A DNA stretch of 63,361 nucleotides. Origin: a virus. Its lineage: Duplodnaviria > Caudoviricetes. This document shows positions 45,815 through 55,071 of the stretch, piece by piece. Location of the stretch: positions 1-63,361 of the IMG/VR virus record IMGVR_UViG_3300047463_000230, one strand, 5' to 3'. The notes beneath the pieces were generated by a model. It was not told the origin of the DNA. It saw only the letters and a list, made by a program, of their open reading frames with translations, and searched no databases. Within the stretch, counting starts at the first letter, position 1; every line of letters begins with the position of its first letter. A program made the position numbers and the translations under genes.

Positions 45815-46750
45815 TCACACCCCCCGCTTCGCGTTCTGGCGACGGAACAGGAAGATCGCGACAAAGGCCGCGACAACGATCAGCGCCAGGACAAGGCGCG
45901 GTGACACCGTGACATGGGTCAGGGCGTCCATAATCCCCAGCTCCTGCACATTGCCCTTGGCTGCCTTGACCCCCTCGGCAATTTCGTTGGCCTGCGACAA
46001 CGTCGCAATGGCGCCGCCGCTTATGGCCGTCGTCATGATCTTGGAGTCAGCCACGGCCACGGGTGTTTCTTCAGAATCGAAGCGGTCACCGCGCGGTGTC
46101 CGTTCGTTGTCCTCGGCCACCTCGGGGTCGCCGGGCATATCAGGCATCGCCTGTTTCCAGCGCGCCAACCAGACGCGCCGGCTGTCCAGCCCGATATAGC
46201 CACCGTTGACGCGCAAGGTTACCCCGCGCAAGTCGTCCTTGTCACAGTAGGACAGGCAACCGAGTTTGGCGAACTCCGCTGCTGCGACTTCCAGCGCGTA
46301 CTGCGGCTGGAACGCTTTGTCGGGGTCATCTTCAAGGTCAAGACCCGTCGCTGCCCCAATATCACGGTAACTGTCGCGCCCAGTGATCTGAAGCAGACCG
46401 CGCCCACGGTAGGTGAACCCGTCGTCAGTGCCGGCCCGATTACCCATGCGGCCGTTATAGACCTTCGACGCCAGCTTGCGCGCATTGTTGGTGTACTCGG
46501 CTGCCGTCTCGACTGTGAAACGCTTCGGCCATACCTCGGCAATGCGCTGGGCCGTCCTGTAGGACAGGTTTTCCTGTGTGATGACGCCGCCATCGCTTTC
46601 ATGGCTGATTTGTGCCATGAAATGTGCAACGCGCAGCGGTGTGTTGATCTTGTAGCGGGCAAAGACCTGTCGCGACTGCGCGACGACGGCAGCCCGCAAG
46701 TCCTCTGGCGCATGGGGCCAGAGCTTGGCCAGGAGCTGGGGCGTCAGCAT
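45815..46750 (-). CDS. GH19 endolysin with C-terminal TM
   Basis: AHFMAQ..HES, ENL.Y, YRGRG.LQITGR, VNGG..GL..R. Confidence 0.88.
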   Translation of the reverse strand: MLTPQLLAKLWPHAPEDLRAAVVAQSRQVFARYKINTPLRVAHFMAQISHESDGGVITQENLSYRTAQRIAEVWPKRFTVETAAEYTNNARKLASKVYNGRMGNRAGTDDGFTYRGRGLLQITGRDSYRDIGAATGLDLEDDPDKAFQPQYALEVAAAEFAKLGCLSYCDKDDLRGVTLRVNGGYIGLDSRRVWLARWKQAMPDMPGDPEVAEDNERTPRGDRFDSEETPVAVADSKIMTTAISGGAIATLSQANEIAEGVKAAKGNVQELGIMDALTHVTVSPRLVLALIVVAAFVAIFLFRRQNAKRGV

Positions 46751-46751
46751 G

Positions 46752-46883
46752 TCAGCGCACCACAAAGATGGCCACAGCGGTCACGACCGCGATCCAGAAG
46801 GTCGCGGACGGGTGACCGGCGATCCAGTCGGTGATGACGCGGTAACGGTCATACAAGGCGGTCTGCGTGGTCTTGAGGTCCAT
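46752..46883 (-). CDS. 43-aa membrane peptide (holin/antiholin candidate)
   Basis: Manual translation MDLKTTQTALYDRYRVITDWIAGHPSATFWIAVVTAVAIFVVR directly before the endolysin. Confidence 0.4.
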   Translation of the reverse strand: MDLKTTQTALYDRYRVITDWIAGHPSATFWIAVVTAVAIFVVR

Positions 46884-47394
46884 TGTCATCGCTCCAGTAG
46901 TCGGCCATCACCCGTTGATAGGCCGTGAAACAAAAGATGCGCGCCCCGACCTTGGCGTACCAATACGCCATGCGGTCGCGGCTGATGTCGGTGCCGCTGT
47001 CGCGCGCCATAAGGAGGCGTTGGCGGACCTGGGCGGCGGGCGGAAACTGGTAGCCAGCCTTGCGGCAAGCCTTGCGGACAAATTCATACCCATCTGTCAG
47101 TGCAACATCTTTAGATGTGGCACCGGCCGCTGCGGTCTTGACCCGCTGGTGCGTCACCAACGCCCCCGGTGCCTCCGCTGGTCGCGGCTGTGGGAGGGGG
47201 AACGGCCAACGGGGCACCATGACGAGGTCACGGGGCGGCGGCACTGGGTCCGGTAGTGGGGCAGGTACCGGCGGCGCCGCTTGGACTGGCGCCGCCGGGG
47301 TCGCGGTCGGTTGGCGAAACACCGGCCGCTGCCAATGGTGGCCTGCGGCCAGGGTCGCCGCCGCGCAGCACCCCAACAACAGGGCAAACCGCAT
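46849..47394 (-). CDS. Secreted Pro-rich hypothetical protein
   Basis: Signal-like N-terminus, P-rich linker, PLPQPRP. Confidence 0.45.
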   Translation of the reverse strand: MRFALLLGCCAAATLAAGHHWQRPVFRQPTATPAAPVQAAPPVPAPLPDPVPPPRDLVMVPRWPFPLPQPRPAEAPGALVTHQRVKTAAAGATSKDVALTDGYEFVRKACRKAGYQFPPAAQVRQRLLMARDSGTDISRDRMAYWYAKVGARIFCFTAYQRVMADYWSDDNGPQDHADRLV

Positions 47395-47699
47395 CAGTAG
47401 TAGACCACGCTGAAACGATGGCCGGCGGTCGCCGCGTTGACCAGTGTCTGGCTGGTCTGACCGGGGATAATGGCCCAGGTCTGCCCCGCTGCCAGGGCAA
47501 AGGTCGACCCGTTGGCGTTTAGGCCGGCGGCGCCGCCGGTCGGGTTGATGTACAACGGCTCGGTCGCCCCCAGCCCTTGATCGGCGGCCGACAGCGGGTT
47601 GGTGATCATGCCGCCGTTAGGGTTGGCCGGCACAGCAACAACCGACGTGCCGCCAATGGCAATGGACGTATTAGGGCCGACGATAGGGGTCACGCTCAT
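47394..47699 (-). CDS. Small structural protein paralogous to N-terminus of 49558..50628
   Basis: GGM..NPL.A..QG....E.L...GQ...VNAATAGH.FS shared. Confidence 0.65.
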   Translation of the reverse strand: MSVTPIVGPNTSIAIGGTSVVAVPANPNGGMITNPLSAADQGLGATEPLYINPTGGAAGLNANGSTFALAAGQTWAIIPGQTSQTLVNAATAGHRFSVVYY

Positions 47700-47713
47700 T
47701 TCAAGGTCTCCGC

Positions 47714-48274
47714 TTAGATGTCGCCGAAGTCAGGGACTGACCACGAGTCAATGTTGCGCGCCGTCAAGTCCTCGATCTCCGCCAGTGCCTTGGCCGCGCG
47801 GCGGTCGATGGCGTTGAGCCGGTCCATGGTCTTGCCATACTGCGCAAGGAAAGCAAGGTCATCGGCAGTGCGGTCTTTTTCTTCAATGGCATGGATGTCA
47901 CAGGCTCGGTGGGCCATAACGCGGTGCTTGCCGGACGGCAGCACGGCATGGCGGGCCTCGGCCTCGGCGGAGGTCACCTTGATGCGAAGGCTGTGCTGTT
48001 TGTCCCTGAACACCTGTGCCTCGTCAGGCTTGGGCAAGTCGTCGACAATTTCATAGTCGGCGACGTAGTTGACCTGCCCCTTTTTGTTCACGTCCTTGCG
48101 GACGGCCGCGTTGATGTCGGGGTGTGCCAGCGGCGGCGGGTACGGGTCCGCCAACCCTTTTTCAACATTGCGCATATGGTCGTTCCACTGCGCCAAGGCA
48201 GCGGCGTGGGCTTCGACCGCTTCCTTGAAGGGGAAGTCGGTGGTGAACTTTGACAAATGAATTTTGTGCGTCAT
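47714..48274 (-). CDS. Putative tail-fibre assembly chaperone
   Basis: Directly downstream of fibre gene; helical C-terminus. Confidence 0.45.
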   Translation of the reverse strand: MTHKIHLSKFTTDFPFKEAVEAHAAALAQWNDHMRNVEKGLADPYPPPLAHPDINAAVRKDVNKKGQVNYVADYEIVDDLPKPDEAQVFRDKQHSLRIKVTSAEAEARHAVLPSGKHRVMAHRACDIHAIEEKDRTADDLAFLAQYGKTMDRLNAIDRRAAKALAEIEDLTARNIDSWSVPDFGDI

Positions 48275-48289
48275 AGCATAGCCTCCAGA

Positions 48290-49552
48290 TCAGAGCTTGA
48301 TGTACCAAGTGCCCAGCATGAACGGGGCCATGTTGTTGTGTGTACTGCCGCCGCCAACACTGGCGTTGGACGTGGCGACAGTGATGCCGGTTGTCGACGT
48401 GCCAGTGTTCCCCGTTACATACTGATAGGCCAGTACGCCAGAGCCGGCGTAATACCCAGAGAAAGTTGTTTGAACATATGTATGGGAATGACCAGGGTCG
48501 GTGACCGTCGACGTGGCGGTGTGGGTGTGACCCGGTATTTCACCGATCACAAGGGTGTGCGTGGGTTCGCCACCATAGGAGCCCGCCGTCGTGCTGTTGC
48601 CCGTGACAAACAGGCCCCCGGTCAGGCGCCCAGCGGCGCTGTTACCCATAGTGTCGAGGCCGGCGGCGTTTAAGCCGCGCATGTCAATGAGCTGGATGGT
48701 CTTGTTAAGCGAAAAGTCAGCGGAGGCCGAAGCACCGCGACCGCCGGACACTGGGCACTGGGTATTGGAAAAGTTGTTCCACAGCCATGCAAACAGTGCC
48801 GACGCGGTTGAGCTGGCCAGCTCGGTCGCACCTGAACCCGCATTACCAATGGTCAGGCCATTGGCACGGACGTAACCGGCAAGCGATCCGGCGATGGGCT
48901 GCCACGTGAAAAACCCTGTGACGGCAATGCCCAGCGATGCCAGGGCGCCGCTGTTGGAGCTGGTCAACTGGTAATGGCCAGCGCCATCGTTGACGACTTC
49001 ATAGATGCCGCCAGCGACCACAGTGCCGGACCCCAGTGCGGAGCCGTCAGGGTTGGTCAGGGGCAGGGCGCCGGGGCCAGGGTTGAAGGTGCTGGCACCC
49101 GTGTTGCTGTTGGCGGCGCGGAAGCGGATGGGCATGCCCGGCACGACAGCAGTCAGGGCCGGCGACAGTGTCACCGCGTAGGCGTTAACGACGCCTGTGT
49201 CGGCCGCGTAGTTGTAACCCTGCGACTGCGCGTTGACGATTTGGGTCATGGTGGCGGCCTGACCTGCCGTCCAAAGGTTGGACGCGATGTCGCCGGACGC
49301 CCAGGAGCGGGCCGTGGTGCCTTCGCGCGCTCGCTGCATCGTGATGGTGTCGCCCGTGACGTTGGTCACGTAAATGATTTCATTGAGCAGGCCAGTCGCT
49401 GCGTCAATGAGGGTCATAACGAAGTACTGCCCCGCTGTCGGGGCAGGAAACAGGACACCGGTACCGGATGCCAGGGTCGCGGTGGTCGCGGTGTTGGTGA
49501 TGCTGCCGGCGAGGGTCGACTGGGCGTTGTTGGCGAATAGGACTGTGCTCAT
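48290..49552 (-). CDS. Tail fibre with collar domain
   Basis: FANNA.STLA, RAREGT.A..W, DTG..NAY, ANG, DMRG, GE..HTL...E.P.HTH, HNN..P. Confidence 0.8.
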   Translation of the reverse strand: MSTVLFANNAQSTLAGSITNTATTATLASGTGVLFPAPTAGQYFVMTLIDAATGLLNEIIYVTNVTGDTITMQRAREGTTARSWASGDIASNLWTAGQAATMTQIVNAQSQGYNYAADTGVVNAYAVTLSPALTAVVPGMPIRFRAANSNTGASTFNPGPGALPLTNPDGSALGSGTVVAGGIYEVVNDGAGHYQLTSSNSGALASLGIAVTGFFTWQPIAGSLAGYVRANGLTIGNAGSGATELASSTASALFAWLWNNFSNTQCPVSGGRGASASADFSLNKTIQLIDMRGLNAAGLDTMGNSAAGRLTGGLFVTGNSTTAGSYGGEPTHTLVIGEIPGHTHTATSTVTDPGHSHTYVQTTFSGYYAGSGVLAYQYVTGNTGTSTTGITVATSNASVGGGSTHNNMAPFMLGTWYIKL

Positions 49553-49557
49553 GATGC

Positions 49558-50628
49558 TTATTCCAGGTTGACGATGTAGCTAAATTGGAAGGGGAGATTG
49601 AGAACACCCGCCTGCAACGCCTGCTTAAATATAGCGACGTTGGGCAGGGGTATCAAACTTGTTTTCCTGGTCTGGACGCCATTAAAGGCTTGCACGTTAA
49701 AAGCAAAGCGGTTGAAAACAGCGCCGCCTGTTATGGACCGCCCGCCGCTGATTAGGTTGATGTTGACTTGGTTGCCGACACCAAAGGTCACGCTGACCTG
49801 ATAAGTCTGGTCAACTGGATAGTTGATGCCGTTGGTGCCATACAGGAAGCGCATTACGCGGCGTTTTAGCCAGCGGATGTTAAAAACGTTACCGTCACCT
49901 TTCAGAAAATTCCAGGTGATGATGCGGCGGAAAATGTCGTCGGTCGTCGCGACCACGTTTTGCGGCCCAATGTTCTTGTGAACATTAAAGGCCAACGTGT
50001 TGAAAGTGTAGGTGTTGAACTGCCCCAAGTTTTGGTTATTGCCAGTCGGCAGTGCTTGGCGCGTAATGCCATACAGCCCCTGGGCGACCCAGTCCAGCAG
50101 CGGACCCGCGACAGGGTCTTGGGTGTAGATGGGCAAATTGACTTGGTTGAACCAGTCAACGTACTGCTGCGCCATGCCATTGTAGGCGGACACAAACGCC
50201 TGCAACGCGTCGTCGTCAGCATACTGCTGATATAGATATGACGGGATGACGGCAGTCAGGTTGGTCGGCCCTGCCGGCGGAAACGCGCCTGCGGTCGACG
50301 CGGGCGGGTAAGCGGTCGCGGGCTGGATGACGACGGCGCTAAACTGGTGGCCCGCCGTTGCCGCGTTAACGCTGACATTGGTGGCCTGCCCCGGCGGGAT
50401 GGTGAACGACTGACCCGGTGCCAGGGGTATGGTGGTCGCGGTCTCACTGAGCGCAGCCGGGTTGACAATGTCAATGAACAAGGTTTCAGGCGACGCAATG
50501 CCCTGCCCGCCCGCGTCCAACGGGTTGACCACCATGCCGCCTTGCACAGGGCCGTACATGACGGTGACGGGCGTGCCGCCCGTCTTAATCTGTGTGGCTT
50601 GCGCCGGGTATAGCGTGACAAAGGCCAC
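49558..50628 (-). CDS. Baseplate wedge (DUF2612-like) with extra N-terminal domain
   Basis: LDWV...LYG..R, TDDIFRR; between baseplate J and fibre. Confidence 0.65.
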   Translation of the reverse strand: MAFVTLYPAQATQIKTGGTPVTVMYGPVQGGMVVNPLDAGGQGIASPETLFIDIVNPAALSETATTIPLAPGQSFTIPPGQATNVSVNAATAGHQFSAVVIQPATAYPPASTAGAFPPAGPTNLTAVIPSYLYQQYADDDALQAFVSAYNGMAQQYVDWFNQVNLPIYTQDPVAGPLLDWVAQGLYGITRQALPTGNNQNLGQFNTYTFNTLAFNVHKNIGPQNVVATTDDIFRRIITWNFLKGDGNVFNIRWLKRRVMRFLYGTNGINYPVDQTYQVSVTFGVGNQVNINLISGGRSITGGAVFNRFAFNVQAFNGVQTRKTSLIPLPNVAIFKQALQAGVLNLPFQFSYIVNLE

Positions 50629-50634
50629 TGGCGG

Positions 50635-52050
50635 TTACCCCTGGGTCACGGTGATTGCAGTCGGGGCGGCATAGAAGTAGCTTTCAGGGTCACCAGCAAT
50701 GATGCCAGTACCGCTAGCAGGGGGCACCGAAATGCCATTGATGTTGACGGCGAACACCATGCGGGTGATTAGCTGCGCCGGCAAAATGCTGGCGACGGCG
50801 TTTTGGAACGTTGTTTGGAGCTCGAACAAATTGATGGGCGTCCCGACCGGCAGCGCGTTGACGTAGGCAATGAGTGCTGGTGCCGCCAACTGCGCAACCG
50901 CCGCCTGCGACACGAAGTTGATGGCAGTAGTGTTCCACGTGACCGTCATCGTCACAGACTGCTGCGGCGGGTTGACGAAGGGGATGTTGTATGTGTCGGG
51001 GTAGTCGTTGATCGATACCACGACATTGCGCAAATTGGGTGTCACGACACCGCCACTGACGTAAGCCCCATAGCTAGTGGTGTTGACGCCCAGGCTAAAT
51101 GTCGTTTGCGTCAATACCGTGATAGTGAACGAGCCACCATTGACAGCGGTCATGCCGACGACGCCGTTGATATGAACAACCTGTCCGGTTGCATAGCCAT
51201 GGTTTAGGTTTGTCGTCACGACACCGGGGTTAGCCTGCGTGATGCCAGTGATGGCCAGGGTCGACCCAACCAGCGTCGACACGTCAAACAACGCGGAGTA
51301 GATGGCATAAGCGACCTGATAGGGGTCGCCGCCACCGACAATGATTTCCCATCCCCCGCCGGTCTGCTGCAAAAACGACACCAGCCGCGCCTGCACCCCT
51401 GGCACGTTGCCTAGCAGCGTTCTCAACGTCGCAGGCATGCCGTTGGATGTAGCCAAGCCCGCTTGGAGGACGGCGGCACGGTAGCTTTCCTCGGTCTGCG
51501 CGGCAACGCCCGGCGTCCCAGCCGTCTGGTTGGTAACCGATAGCGTCACAGTCGACGGCACCGACGTAACCAAGGCCGTCACGGTGTTCGTGGCGACTGC
51601 CCATGACCCCGCCACGGTCGCAACGCAGAACAGGGCCGGCGACGTACCGCCAGCACCAACCACGCCGCCGTCTTGGACGACGTACTGGTAGGTACCGTCA
51701 GATACCACAAAGCCCTGGGCGATGACGAAGCCCGGTGTACCAGTGAACACGACATAGACGCTGGTGTTGGTCGGCTGCCCCAGCTGGACGCCGTAAATTT
51801 GACCCAACTGGTTGAGCACGAAAGCGTTGGCACCGTAAGGGGTCAATGAATTGACTGTTTCAACCCGTGCGGCGTCGATTAGTACCAGCGCATTGGTGTC
51901 CGTGCTGGCAATGTCCTCCACCAGCGACCCCGGCAAGTTGGCGGTGTAGCCGGGGTTAATGGCAGCGGTCGCCGCGACCAGCTGATTGCGAAGGTCTTGC
52001 GGGGCCTGCGGTTGCAGGCCGGTCGACAACATGACGGTTGGCAAGGTCAT
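50635..52050 (-). CDS. Baseplate J-like protein with FCCH-like insertion
   Basis: GTPG..I..G..V.D, C...G, T.E.YR; ITGITQANPGVVT...HG...G..GMT..NG. Confidence 0.8.
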   Translation of the reverse strand: MTLPTVMLSTGLQPQAPQDLRNQLVAATAAINPGYTANLPGSLVEDIASTDTNALVLIDAARVETVNSLTPYGANAFVLNQLGQIYGVQLGQPTNTSVYVVFTGTPGFVIAQGFVVSDGTYQYVVQDGGVVGAGGTSPALFCVATVAGSWAVATNTVTALVTSVPSTVTLSVTNQTAGTPGVAAQTEESYRAAVLQAGLATSNGMPATLRTLLGNVPGVQARLVSFLQQTGGGWEIIVGGGDPYQVAYAIYSALFDVSTLVGSTLAITGITQANPGVVTTNLNHGYATGQVVHINGVVGMTAVNGGSFTITVLTQTTFSLGVNTTSYGAYVSGGVVTPNLRNVVVSINDYPDTYNIPFVNPPQQSVTMTVTWNTTAINFVSQAAVAQLAAPALIAYVNALPVGTPINLFELQTTFQNAVASILPAQLITRMVFAVNINGISVPPASGTGIIAGDPESYFYAAPTAITVTQG

Positions 52051-52382
52051 TGCGGGATGCTCGCTGCTATCTGAACGCCCTGATTGGTCGTCACATTGAC
52101 ATTGTAGACGGGTCGGGGCAGGGCCTGCTTGGCGATCGTCAGGCTGGCGAAATACGGGGCGAACTGCTGCTGGGTGCGGGCCACGTAGAAGTCAGGAAAT
52201 ATTTGTTGGATGATTGACGGGTTGGCCGGGATACCATAGTTGGCATAATAGGGTGACTCATTGGGGCTAAGCTGCAACACCTGACACAGCGTTGTGACAT
52301 AAACATAATCGTTATTGCCCTGGGCGTCTGTTGTAACTTCAACCCATTGTGGCGACCCCGCCACCCGTCCGTATGTCCTCAT
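52047..52382 (-). CDS. Baseplate wedge / sheath initiator
   Basis: L.L..NE.P.Y..YGIP motif; position. Confidence 0.6.
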   Translation of the reverse strand: MRTYGRVAGSPQWVEVTTDAQGNNDYVYVTTLCQVLQLSPNESPYYANYGIPANPSIIQQIFPDFYVARTQQQFAPYFASLTIAKQALPRPVYNVNVTTNQGVQIAASIPQ

Positions 52383-53107
52383 GTGCCTGCCGTCGGCGAG
52401 CTGGTGCTGCCGCCCCCTGTCTGTACGCCACCGTGCTTGTGCGTCGTCAACCCGACTTGGTCACTGGTGGCAAAGCCCGCAATGACGTTGCCAGCGGTCT
52501 TGATGTCGCCGGTATAGGTCGCGCCCGGTGCCGATTGGATGGCGCCGGACAGTTGCAGGTTACCATTGATCTGCGCATTGCCGTTGATAACGGTCATGCC
52601 GTTGATCGTAACAGTTTGCCCGCCGGGTACCGTGACCGTGATATTTGTTGGGGTCAGTACGATTTTGCAGTGTGCCCCCTTGTCCCTGATAACGACCCCG
52701 TCGGGGCCATACAGTACCAAGGCGTTGGCGTCGTCGGTTGCCGACCAATTGGCGTTGGCAATGGGCATGAAAATGAGAGCGGACAAGTTGCCGGGCAAGT
52801 TAAGCCCGGCGGTACCAGTGCCCAGTCCTGACACGCCGCCCAGATAGGCATCGGCTGGGATCACCATGCCCTTGTCGCCAACTTGGATCGGATACCGTAT
52901 CCACTCCGGACCAAACACCGGCACGGTCACCTGTGGCAAGGTGTAGTTGCTGGTTATTTCAAACTTGACCGTAACGATCGACCCATTGACAGACACCACC
53001 GAGCAAGGCAACGCCTGCCCGGTCAACTGCATGAAGCCCCGTATTTTTTGTTCCGCGAAGCGATTAATCGACTGCGCGAACGGGGTCTTTTGCGCGTTGT
53101 TGCTCAT
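52379..53107 (-). CDS. Baseplate central spike
   Basis: OB-fold P..V..V, P...GD.G, beta-helix repeats, C-terminal THKH.GV..G. Confidence 0.8.
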   Translation of the reverse strand: MSNNAQKTPFAQSINRFAEQKIRGFMQLTGQALPCSVVSVNGSIVTVKFEITSNYTLPQVTVPVFGPEWIRYPIQVGDKGMVIPADAYLGGVSGLGTGTAGLNLPGNLSALIFMPIANANWSATDDANALVLYGPDGVVIRDKGAHCKIVLTPTNITVTVPGGQTVTINGMTVINGNAQINGNLQLSGAIQSAPGATYTGDIKTAGNVIAGFATSDQVGLTTHKHGGVQTGGGSTSSPTAGT

Positions 53108-54069
53108 GCGGTCGTCACCGCGTTTACAGTCGTGATCCAGCTGTCGGCACCGGGCTGGCGGGAGTGGCCATTGTGGCGAACTAACTGGATGTCGAAAGTC
53201 CCTTGAAAGGCGCTTTTGTCCCGCGCCTGTGACTGCGATGCTGCTGTCGTGGTCACCTGTAGGCCGGGCGGGAACTTGATGCGGTCCTGCACGTTAAAGT
53301 CTGACCTAATGACAGTCTTAAACTGCACCTGATTAAGACCGATCCACGTGGGCTGGCCAATCAAGTCTTGAAACGCGATGTTCTTAACCGTCGGCGCCGT
53401 CGACCCCTTGCCATCGGACACCAGTATCTGGTTGTCCTTTTGCGTCATGCTGACGCCATTATAGCCGCTGTCCCGAATAATGGCCTTGCTGGTGTCATTC
53501 ATGAGGTATGCGAACTCGGCCAGCGTCCCGTAGAACCCCGCCAAGTCGTTGGTCAGCACGAGGTCATTGCTGATGTTAACGGACACCGTTGCGCCGGGGT
53601 ACGCGTTTTGCAACGTGGTCTTGATGCCGTCCGACAGGTTGGACCCTTTTTTCATATTGGCTGATAGGTTGGACACTGCAACGGACGAACTACCGGCGCC
53701 GGGCACTATGATGAGGTCGAGCGACTGTTCCGTATTGATCCAGTTGCCAAACGCCTGCTGGATGACGCCGCGTGCGATCAGGCCGTAGTACGGCGCCACA
53801 GCGGTCGCCAGCGGCAGCCCCTTGCCCATGCCGGCGTAAATGGTCACCAGCTTATTGTTAAAGTCCGACGCCTGCGAAATGGTCTGGAGCGGGACGCCCC
53901 AAATTTTCACATACGAGTTGCCCATGGGTACGGCATAATTTTGCTGGTAGATATCGAACTCGACATCCAAAGCACCGGGGTTGTTGACCCCGTTGGACTC
54001 GCTGGTAAAAGTGCCACCCGACGCGGCAGACCCGTCCGTACCGGTGATGTAGATGGCATATTTCCTCAC
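53104..54069 (-). CDS. Baseplate hub protein
   Basis: V.IWG, IYAG, LIGQP, H.G..R; position. Confidence 0.65.
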   Translation of the reverse strand: MRKYAIYITGTDGSAASGGTFTSESNGVNNPGALDVEFDIYQQNYAVPMGNSYVKIWGVPLQTISQASDFNNKLVTIYAGMGKGLPLATAVAPYYGLIARGVIQQAFGNWINTEQSLDLIIVPGAGSSSVAVSNLSANMKKGSNLSDGIKTTLQNAYPGATVSVNISNDLVLTNDLAGFYGTLAEFAYLMNDTSKAIIRDSGYNGVSMTQKDNQILVSDGKGSTAPTVKNIAFQDLIGQPTWIGLNQVQFKTVIRSDFNVQDRIKFPPGLQVTTTAASQSQARDKSAFQGTFDIQLVRHNGHSRQPGADSWITTVNAVTTA

Positions 54070-54335
54070 GGCGTCACCACAAACTGTTGCGACGCTGCAT
54101 AGAACACGAGGGTCGACGTGAAATAACCTGCCGTCAAAGATATCGGGTAGTCATTGGGCGACCCAATAAGCGGCAAGCAGACGATGAGATTGAACCCCAG
54201 GTCATAGATGTTGACGTACCAGCGTTGACCAAACAGGTTCCAGGTCACCGTGACGTTGTAGACCTGACCGTCGAGGGTCGGTTGAAACTGAAACGGTGGG
54301 GAGGTCTGTTGCGGGGTAAAGGCGAAAGTCGTCAT
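54066..54335 (-). CDS. Small baseplate protein
   Basis: LDG..Y...WN...RWY. Confidence 0.6.
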   Translation of the reverse strand: MTTFAFTPQQTSPPFQFQPTLDGQVYNVTVTWNLFGQRWYVNIYDLGFNLIVCLPLIGSPNDYPISLTAGYFTSTLVFYAASQQFVVTP

Positions 54336-55069
54336 TGCGGCAGCCCCGGCAGGGTTGGTGCGGTATTGGCGCCAATGGCGTTGGTGCCGCCGGCGAGGCT
54401 GGCGGGGAACGAGATCGACGATGAGTTAGTTGTCAGGGCGGCGCCGGACAGGGCGCCGGTTGTTTGCTGGCCGCCGCCAATGGCGCTGATAACGGAATTC
54501 GCAGCCTGCTGAAATATCGACGTATTAAGCGACAGTAGCGGCTGCACAAAGTCAAATTGCCATTTGAGCTGGACTTGGGCATTGCCGCCGGGTGATACGT
54601 CGGTCATGCCGGTCATGAGACAGTTCGTATAGATGTAGGACGGGGTCACCACCATGTAGGTGCCGCCGCGATTGTTGTGCTGCGACAGGGCCGTTTGCAA
54701 CGTCGACATGACCGCCAGCTTGCTGGCGTAGCCAAAGCGCTGGCGGGCGGGGCAGGTCATTAGGAGCGAGAAATGCAGGGGCTGTGAAATGATGGCATTG
54801 GCGGCGACAGTCTGGTTGGCAAAGGGATACGTGCCGACCTGATTACTGATAAGGGTGCCGCCGGGGGCGACTTCGTAGTTGGCGAAAAAGTCATCCAGGC
54901 TGATGTCGGACCCGGACGCCAGACCAGTGATCAGGTTCAGGGACTCAGTAATGGCAATGACCGGCAAATGACCGCCGGGGATACCGGCGGCGATGCCGTC
55001 GACCAGCCACAGGGGCGACAGCTGAAAAGCCAGCTTAAAGGCGGCAAGTCCGGGCGTAATGCTGCTCAT
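54332..55069 (-). CDS. Tail tube initiator/Dit-like baseplate protein
   Basis: YP..N..VA.NA....P, V.TP...Y.N; follows TMP. Confidence 0.55.
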   Translation of the reverse strand: MSSITPGLAAFKLAFQLSPLWLVDGIAAGIPGGHLPVIAITESLNLITGLASGSDISLDDFFANYEVAPGGTLISNQVGTYPFANQTVAANAIISQPLHFSLLMTCPARQRFGYASKLAVMSTLQTALSQHNNRGGTYMVVTPSYIYTNCLMTGMTDVSPGGNAQVQLKWQFDFVQPLLSLNTSIFQQAANSVISAIGGGQQTTGALSGAALTTNSSSISFPASLAGGTNAIGANTAPTLPGLPQ

Positions 55070-55071
55070 GG

